Below are positions 54,478-64,000 of a DNA stretch of 64,000 nucleotides, piece by piece (position 1 is the stretch's first letter; each line of letters begins with the position of its first letter). A program made the translations under genes and the position numbers. This DNA is from Nageia nagi (Eukaryota; Plantae; Pinophyta). The stretch lies in the NCBI GenBank assembly GCA_050084985.1, contig JBITNC010000001.1, positions 146,196,001 through 146,260,000 on the forward strand. Direction: 5' to 3'. Under the pieces are notes generated by a model that was not told the origin of the DNA, did no database searches, and worked only from the letters and a program-made list of their open reading frames with translations.

Positions 54478-54800
54478 AATGGTTAACAATATTGATCTTC
54501 CAACTCTAGGTTTTGATAAAAAAGATTTTCAATTTTGGAAAATAAATATGGAAAATTGTTTAATGGGCATGGATCTTTGGTATATTATGCAAAAAAGTTA
54601 CGAATAACCTCAGGATTGGAGTGGTCTTAAAGGTGAAGAGAGAAGGTTGAAGAAGGAAGAACAACACATAAATTATTTGGAACTCATCGAATTATCAAGA
54701 GGTGCAAAATAAAATGTTTTATCTCTTATTGAGTATTATAGATCAGTATTTGATATATAGAAAATGTTGCTTGAAAAATTTGATAATGTTGAGAAGGTAA
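54478..54800 (+). mobile_element. Copia gag N-terminal fragment
   Basis: FDKKDFQFWKINMENCLMGMDLWYIMQKSYE matches the copia gag N-terminal pattern (NY.FW...M...L...DLW..V..GY). Confidence 0.7.
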
Positions 54801-56249
54801 ATTATAATGTTAAAAATAGTAATCTCCAAATTTTGTAATTATGAGTAATGACTTTATGGGAAAGGAAGATAAGCCATTATCTTGTGAATTATTTTATGTG
54901 TAGCCTTGTGAATATATCTATTTGTAGGAAGAGATATGGAATATCTATGAGAAGAAACTCCAATAAAGAGGTGTGTATGCTACCTAAGGAAGAGGTGGCA
55001 AGAGAGGATTTGCTTCATGTAGAGGCAAGATTGTAGAAGAAGCTAATGAAGAGTGCTTAATTATTCTAAAGGAAGTACATGCATAACAATGTATTGATGA
55101 ATGGGGAGGGAATCCCATGATTTTTCTATTCCAAAGTTTGCCAAGGGCTTCATGGGTGAGGCACACCAAGATTCATATTTTGTTTGTCTCATAGAAGAGG
55201 CAAAACCCATTGATCCTCTTGAAGGGGATAGTAACATTGATTCTGATATTCTCATGGTTGATAATGAACTTTGTGTTGCCATATTTAAAGTAAAAAAAAA
55301 TGAAGCTTATTAAAGATTCTGAGAAAATTGTCATGATAAGAAATACTATTTTGTAATGTAGTTTTGTTGATGAATGTGAAGGTTGGATGAAGGTGTTGAA
55401 AAGGATATTCATGAACATGATGTTTATAAATTACAAAATATCAATAAATTTTTTGAATTTGAATTTTGTCTATACATTGGTTGGTATTTTTAATTGCAAT
55501 TTTGAGTGTTATTGGAGGGATATGGTTTTGTCTTTGCAAATGTTTAATGAGGAATAATTTTTTTCAAAATGATGAATTTATGGACATATATATTTTGGTT
55601 GTACAATGCATAAATGAGAGTGGTTTTTTTATTAAAGAAGCATTTTTGATGATTGGTTATGTGATTAGCCAATGTTTGGGATTGTTTTGCTTGATGGTTT
55701 GTGTGAAGATTATGAAATAGTACTTTAGATGAGTGATTTGAAGCAAAGTAATCAGCATGATGATGTATATAACAATGGTAGAGATCTAAAATTTGGCTGG
55801 AACAATTTTGAAAATGAATTTTTGATAAAAATTATGAGTTTTGTAATACAAGGGGAGTATATTCTCCAATGGTACCGATGGTTGTGAAGTTTTATTTGTA
55901 GGAAAAGATAAAAAATTTGGTGATCCCATTTGACAAATAGATGTGTGAAGAATGTCAACTCAAACTTTTTAAATTGATAATTTCTTACTACCATAAAATA
56001 TATATAATAGACTCATTTGTATTTTAGATAGGTGATAATAGTTTAAATACACTCAAATGTATAAGTATACTATTTACAAGAAGGACATGGGAAATTAAAC
56101 TCTATAACATCATAAATGAAGAGCACCATATTTCATTAGAGGAGATAAGATCCTAATGATCATTAATGTGAGGAATTGTAGTAAAATTAGGTAAAATAAA
56201 ACTATAACCATTCCTTCTTGTGTACTAAAAGAGAGAAGTATATTTAAAA

Positions 56250-58150
56250 TATTTAAATTCTATACACCATGGACACTAAAAGTGCAAACTAGACTTGGGC
56301 TATAATGAGAAAGGTGTGTAGTTAAACACTATTTGATAAGTATCCTTATCCTCATACTTGAATGTATCCCAAGGCATGCAATCTGTTTAGGCATGATAAA
56401 AAAACCATAAAGGGAAGAGATCTCTTTTTAAAGAAATCCTTTTCTCGAACACATTGAATGGTAGCTAAAAGATTGATTATGAAAGTAGATAACTAGAGAC
56501 CACCAAATATTGAGAGAAAAGAGTGACTACTTGGAGTCAAATATTCCTAGGTTAGCCAAGGTTTGATGAATTCCCAAGATTTTTAAATACTTTTACAAAT
56601 AAAAGAGCTTATAATTTTGATAGGAACTAGGTAAATAACTAAAGAGGATAAGGTCAACACTTTCCATTTTTTTAGAAGGGATCCCTTGAGAAATATAATA
56701 CAAAGAAAATATTCCTAGGCTTTAGAGGCTTGTTATAAATCTCTGATAACCCACTTGGTTCTCAAAATAAGACCTTGATGTTGAAGTAAAAAAGAACCAT
56801 ACAACATGAGCTTTTGGGGAGATAACATAATTCTTATGAAAATCCATGAAAATATTTCTTCTCTTTAGTATTAGAACACAAAAAAATCCTTGATATTTTT
56901 TTACTTCTTGTAACAAGCTAGGAGGGAACCTAGCAAGATGAATAATACACATGCATAAAAGTGAGGATTCTCTAGTAAATTTTAAATTTACTAGCAATAT
57001 AAAAATATGTAAGAGATCATTTTAAACATTCTTCGAAGAAAATAAATGGATAATTGCATCAAGGTGCTTTGGAGTGCAAATAAAAATCCATAGAATTTGA
57101 ATATTTTGTTATCTTTTTTCCATTACCAATGTAAAGAAGGTAGCGAATGAGGAATATCTTATAGCATTTATATATAGCAAGAATTCTTTCACTATTTAAT
57201 ACTTGAATTAGATACTTTGCATAAAGTATCCAGATAAGAAAAAGATTTGAGAGTAGAGCATTTATCTTCCCTTAATGTAAGGAAGGAATAATGGACAAAA
57301 TACCCATTAATTAACTGACCAAGATTTCTAGGAAGAGAAATTCCATGCACCAACACTTCAAAGGCTTTGATTGCTACCAAATAGTCAAATTATGTAGCTT
57401 TTAGAACATAAAATGAAGGCATAAAGGGAAATCCTATCTGATATACTTACAAAGCTAATTATACTAGCTTGCATACTATCAAATGTTAAAACAATTGAAG
57501 CATGATTGAAGAGAATTTAAAACATGGCTTTAAAACTAAGAAAACCCTAAGGTATTTGAGTATAAAAAGAATGAAATGCCAATTAGTTTTATCATATTCG
57601 TTTTCAAAATCAATCTTGGTAAAAAAGGTATCTTTTTAAGATGTTCACACCAATCCCATTACTTCCTAGAAAATAATAACATTATCAAGAATGTATCTAC
57701 TATATATTAAACTAATATTTTTAATATGAACAATCTAGGAGAGAAGAGAAGTAAGTATTAAAAATAAATCAATAACTATTATCTTATACCTGATATTACG
57801 AAAAGTCTTCCAATTGATAATAAGATCAAGATCTCTTGACTTGGGTATGAACTTGATATTTTCTTTATTAATTATTCCCCCAAAGAAGTTATCAAGTGAA
57901 CTTTTTGATAAACACAAATAAGATCAAGACCAACAAAATCCTATAATTCTTTATAGAATTAACATGGAAATTCATTAAGTCTTGGAGCATTTTCATTTGC
58001 CATGAAGGATAGAGTGACTTTTACATATACAATAGATATAGGGAGGTCAAATGCCTTTTTTTTTAAAAGGGTATAGCTTATCTAGAATCAAACTATAACA
58101 CTATGAGATGGACTTTTATCTTTCCAATGTAAGCCCTTGAGAAAAAAATA
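56250..58150 (-). mobile_element. L1-type LINE RT remnant
   Basis: Decayed GLHW.K...LD..K.Y region (~58070-58140). Homology to the 44.2-kb LINE (ORF 56722-56997). Confidence 0.55.
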
Positions 58151-59099
58151 CATGAATCTAATGTTTGATAAATGAATTGGCTATATTAGGAAGTGCTTGT
58201 CCTAAAATAAAAAATTAATGTATAGTTTGAGTTGAAATAATTTGAATTTTAAAATATTTATTTTACTCTTTAAAGTATATTAAATTCTTATTTTAATTTA
58301 TTTTTTGTATTTCATTGTAAATTAAAATATTGATTGAAATGGTTAAATTAAATATTATAAATAAAATTTGTAATTTGTTTTGATTTTGATTAAATTTAAA
58401 TTATTTATCAATTTAATAATTAATAATTAATTAATTTATTTTATATTTCAAATTTATTCATATTTTTTAAATATGAATTTTTTAATTAATAAATATTATT
58501 TGATTTAAATTTTAATATGAATTTTTATTCCAAAAAAGTTAATCATTTATATTATATTTGATATTTAAATCAAATTTTATATTTATTTTATTATATTTTG
58601 ATCAAGGCTTTTCATTTTTATAAAGCTAACCATATATTAAATAAAAAAGTTTTACTGATAAAAGTTTAGGAATTAATGACACATCTATGTAGAATTTGAC
58701 TAATTGTTAAGGGTTAAGAAAAATTACATAAGTTTAGGGCCTACCAATTATACCTTATGCAAAATAAAAATGAATTTAATCTTCACCATGCATTTACATT
58801 GAAACTATCATACGCACGACACTCTATTATCATATACTAATTAGGAGGAATTAGGTTATGCCATCCATCCTTTTCATTAAATGCTTCAGCTAGTTAACCC
58901 CTTTATTTTGATCATCAACATTCTAACTAATGATAAGGGTTGAATTGTCTAGATGTCCATCCCAACCATCAATTTATCTAGATGTATAGGGAACTTGATC
59001 ATTATAGTTCTTATGAACAAGGGAGGTACATACCTATTTTAGGGGTATAAAAAATATAAGGGAAAAGGATTATGTAACCAAGAAAAGGAACTACATGTA

Positions 59100-60310
59100 T
59101 ATGGCTAAAATAAGTGCTCAATTCATTTTCATTTATCATTAGCTCTACTAAGAAACTAGAAAATATATCTGGTGTCTTTTGGTTATCTGTAAAAGATTTA
59201 GATAAGATTCACTATACCAAGGTAGATAATACATTGAGCCAAAGGAAGCCAATTGGAAACAAGGTTCTTTTCAAAGAGATCTTATCTAATTTATATTTAG
59301 GATACTCAAATAAATTTGAAACAAAGGTTCTAGATACAAAAAGTTAAATTTGGATCATAGTTGTGGTTAATAAATTGCATCATAAAAAATGAGAAGAGAG
59401 ATGTGTATAACATAATGTAGCTTTATATTTATGAAGTGATTATTTTGTAATTTAACTCTAGTATTCCAACTAGGGTTTCTAAAAGTTCCTAGAGATCTTA
59501 GGTGATATCAAAATAAGCTACTATCCATAAATCTATAATATTGGAAATTTTTTTCTTGCAATATCACTAGATTTACAAAATATTTTTGCCTTTATTTGTG
59601 AAAACCAAAAACCATCATATACCAAAATAGACAAAAAAATCTCCTTTAAATTTTTCAAAATTATTCCAATAGATCCAAGGCTTGAGTGCCTCTTATTCTT
59701 TTGAATTTACATATGTTGTTGATAATGAAGGTGCCTTGAATCTTGATATGAATATGATCTATATTTGGAATCTAAAATTTGAGCACTTTCTAGACTTTCT
59801 TACCAAGAGAGATTTCAATACAAATACAATAATTAAGAGGAAGATTTCAAGCTTTTATACCATCCAAGGCATAGGAAATCCGCTTAGTACAAATATGTAT
59901 ATATTGACTATGGAAGTTATAACTCCCTATCTCTTGACTACTTTATTAAGAAACATATATTGTAAGTTATTTAATAAAAATCATTCTTATGAAAATATTT
60001 CAATAAGAGACAATCTTGTGGTATATTTTCTAAATTCTTATCATAATTTAAAAAATGGTACCTAATAGGAGGAATAATAGACATGATTCAATGGCTAATA
60101 TTTTGGATCATATATAAAACTTTAAACCTAGAAAGGGTTTAATAGTAGAAAAATATCTAAACTTTTTCTTTACTTATTAGATTATAAAATCCCCAAGATT
60201 GTTATTACTTCCTTTTATTACAAATAAAATTCCCATAAATTCAATGGTTTTATTTTGTTGAAGCTACATCCATCACGTATTGGAAAATCAACTTGGCATA
60301 TGAATAAAAG
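59100..60310 (+). mobile_element. Possible CACTA (En/Spm) transposase remnant
   Basis: Weak, correctly ordered resemblances to Tnp2: FKEILSNL..GYSN, IWN, RDN..IF, YFG, QWFYFVE....YW. No terminal CACTA repeat found. Confidence 0.3.
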
Positions 60311-63300
60311 ACTATTTGTACAATGATATTCTTTTTTGCAATATGGTTTATTATGTTAATTTACAATATCATATAAATATACATAAATGTTATTATTAAA
60401 TGTTAAATAATATCTCAAAAATATAAGGTACTATTATCATTTAGGTTCCTATTTAAGTAATGGAATACAATATAATTATGTGTGCACTTAATCATTTTCA
60501 ATATGGTATCTAAATAAGTTATTAATATTGAGTGGGGTGAAACAAATCATGTGTTGATGAGATTATCCTCCTACTTATTCATGAGATGAAATTAGATTCT
60601 ATTCCTCTATTATAGGTCAATTTGTAAATAGATATGTAGTTTAGGTGATTTTCTTGTTGTATGTATTTGAGGAAAGATAACAATTTGCATGTTATCCTAA
60701 TGATACAAAGACTCTAGATGTATTTAACAAAAATTATAGAGCAAATGACATTAATAATTGAAGTCTTGATGAAGATCAAACACTGAGGGGGTTTATTATT
60801 TGAGAAATCAAATTGCTATGTATACCTTTATACATTACAATTATTCATGGTGGCTTTATTTTTATTATGGTAGTTATCATGACCCACCTCCTATAGTTGT
60901 AGTTTCCATTATTTTTTAAACTTGCAATCTCTAGTTATAATAGTTACAATCTTGAATGTTATTACTTTAACTTTTAGAATTAGGTAGCTTTCAAGATGAT
61001 GAACAAGTAGTTTTGGTATAGGTTAACACCGAATAACCTTACATTCTATATACTTATGCTCAATTCATGAAATTTTATAAGTTGATGGGTGTGGCAATTT
61101 GACTATTACAAATACTATTATTTTTTTATCTTGATTTTTGCATGAATTGTTCTTGGATTATATTTTTTCATGTATTATAAATAAAAAAAATCTTGTTACT
61201 TCAAATACATGTTTCAATATACTATGAATCTCATATCTACATTTTATCTCAAGACTATTGCATTGATCATAAAGAAAATATTACTTGAGGTATAATCTTT
61301 TGGGATTTATGTTTTACAGACTATTCTAACATTAAAACTAAAAGGTAAAGATAGCATGAATATTGTTTTGACATAAAGGTATTCTCATGTATTTTGTATT
61401 TCATAAGAATATTACATTAAATGGATGGGATGGCTCTAATAGAGATTCTATGTTTACTATGATTTCATGGTTTTTAGACACCTCTTAATGTATTAATACA
61501 TTTAAATCAAGTACTAGCTTTTCATACTTATAGTGTCTATTAACTTAGGATAGGAGATTTTGAGACCAGGATTAATTATTTTATAGCATCTAGATCCTCA
61601 TTACTAATAATATAATATATAGGAAATGTTTGGATACTTTGAATTATGGTATATAGTAATTCATTAGATTTTTTAGGAAATAAACCCTAAGTATATTGGT
61701 TGAAAATTAAAATATTCCGTTATTACTTCCAAAATCATCTAGCTACTTAGGGTGAAGAACTAGGGTTTCACAATCATGGTTGAGGGGAATAAAGCTACAA
61801 ATTTGGCCATAAAATAGGTTTGAACATCATGTCTAGGAGGTGAGTGGGGGTTATTTTCTTCTTTTTATAAGTTTTTATATGTTATCCTTGAAATATCTAT
61901 TATTTTTTAGAGGTTTGGAACTCATTGCTCTTCCTTTCTTTTAGGTATAGTATAAGCATAGGATTTACTTAATACCAATAGCTATGAGGAAAGGAGGGAG
62001 ACAAAGAAAATCATAATATTAGAGGAGAATTTTCCTAGCAACACCTAACTTTTTTATGAGAAGATCTCATAAGGGTTGAAAGACCCAAGGTAAGCTCAAT
62101 GGGAGTCCCTTATAATTTTTTTAGTGTCTTAGCATGATCCTTACTCTCAAATATTTGTATCAAGTTCAAACAATTATAGAAAATATACTATAATATTAAG
62201 GGTATTCATTTTGTATGAAAGTTTGAAAGAATTTAATGAATATAATAATTGGAAATTTAAAACTTATAGGAGTAGAATCATTTTCAAACTCAAAAGATGT
62301 AAATATCTGTTATGGATTCTTCATTATTCAATATTTAGAGTAAGGATTTAATTATAAAGGAAATTATTAGTTTTGTATAATTTATAGTAATCATTACTTG
62401 TGTTGGTAATTCAATTTGAATTTACCCTCTAAATTGTCATATCTTAGTCACAATGTTCATTCTTGTCTTTGACTACTATGTAATTCATCCATTCTTATTT
62501 TTTTATCTTATATATGATTATGATATATTTAAACTCTCTCAAAAATATCACCCTCATAAGCTCAGTATATCAATGGTAGTTGGATTTTGATAGTGAAGAA
62601 TTATTCTTGTATTCTACAAGTGATTCCAGATTGTACTATTGGGTGTAGCTAAGTATAATGTATTATACATAATTACTCAAATATGGTAAATAGGGGTTAA
62701 AATCCTATATTGACTCTTTCGAAGCTCTATACAAAATTAGGTAGTAATGTTCAATAAAATTAATGCTAAATTGATCATTTAATCTCAACTTTTAATATCA
62801 ATTTTATACGATGGCTATGAGTAGAATTGTATTTCTATTTGTTGTATTGAGCTAGTATGTATAGTACACTCTTTAATTACATCAAATTCACATATTCCTT
62901 AGAAAAATACTATATATCTCATCCACAATTATTGGATTGTACTATAGAAAACTATGAGGTTTCTTCGGCATTGTAAAATATCTTGGAGACAATTTGACAA
63001 AAAAATAATGATGGAATGCAAGCATACAATTCTTAGTTATTTTTTTATCATTTCGTATTGTATATTTATTTAAATAATAATGAAAATTGAAAGTAGATAA
63101 ATACCTTTTTCTACTACTAATAGTGGTATGTTGTAAACATATTAGGCTCAACCAATTATATTCCCATTTAATAAAACTATCTTGTGTTTCTTCATGACTA
63201 GGCATTTGAGTCTTGTATGGTAATCTGATCTTATTCATACAATTTCAAATACTAGGTACTTAGTAAGAACTTTGAGATAAATAATTAGAATGATCTTATT

Positions 63301-64000
63301 TCTATTTTTTAATACTTTCAATTTAAGGATATTTATGAATAAATTAAGTATGGTAAAAGGGTAAGAAAAGGCTAAGTAATTGATTATAAAAATTTTTAAT
63401 AGTGGAGGCATTATTAGTTTAGGGATAAGTTTATTTGACAATTAGTGATAGTGCTTATTTCTTATGGACCCCATTAATACAATGAAACAAATAATTACTT
63501 TGGTAAAATCATGGTTAATTTAGATACAAGGAAGCTATTTTTAATTATGTTTCAAATTACTCCAATGATTAAAAATATTTGGTTGTATTAACTTAAAGGT
63601 TTAGAGAATTAAATAATATTGAGATATGATATTGAATTAAAAATTAGTCTAGACTTTTAGCATACATCTAATATTGGAAAAATCATAAAATAATATCATA
63701 AAATCATGTTGCATTATGTTCAAGGGTTCAATTTACTTTATTTATCATCTAAGAAGATAAGAATGAGTATTGGGAATCATTGAAGTTACAATACAAGTAG
63801 ATTCTTCTCATATGGTCCTATCTTATGTAATTTACATATATGATGAGAAATCTATTACAAGTCAAGATCCTATTGGGGTATACTATGAAGTTAAGAATAG
63901 GTTTATATATGGATAGACTTTATTCTACCAAATATACATTGAAAGTAGATGAACTTGATTGGCATTTTCTTATTGATTTAATGTTAAAATAATGAAAACA

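Noticed and set aside
60260-60300. PSRIGKSTW, resembling a geminivirus/CRESS Rep Walker A motif
   Set aside because: It lacks the leading Gly and the following ARSLG/Walker B context. Another frame fits a CACTA transposase tail at least as well.

Overview
Very AT-rich eukaryotic (land-plant, gymnosperm-like) intergenic window with no intact protein-coding gene. Most of it is heavily decayed transposon sequence: three near-complete Ty1/copia elements plus copia fragments, four L1-type LINE remnants, a gypsy integrase scrap, a probable CACTA remnant, tRNA-derived SINE-like copies and foldback hairpins. CpG is almost absent and C-to-T stop codons are pervasive. The only CpG-retaining islands belong to one host locus present in three copies. 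(A) A disrupted F-box-associated/beta-propeller-like gene on the minus strand (2440-3753), with a 5'-UTR intron and a ~300-bp internally repeated upstream module. (B) A tandem duplicate of its 5' end and upstream region (6247-9033). (C) An old inverted paralog (46245-48720) whose CDS has lost several segments by microhomology-bounded deletion while the upstream module is kept. Best leads: the conserved upstream module with CTT-N7-ACG (NAC-type) sites, an unidentified ~4-kb decayed coding-like tract (15.5-19.5 kb), a young 1.08-kb templated copy of a copia RT core, and a near-perfect 116-bp palindrome. All calls come from manual reading and translation; boundaries of decayed elements are approximate. 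I found no convincing evidence for a new multi-gene system.
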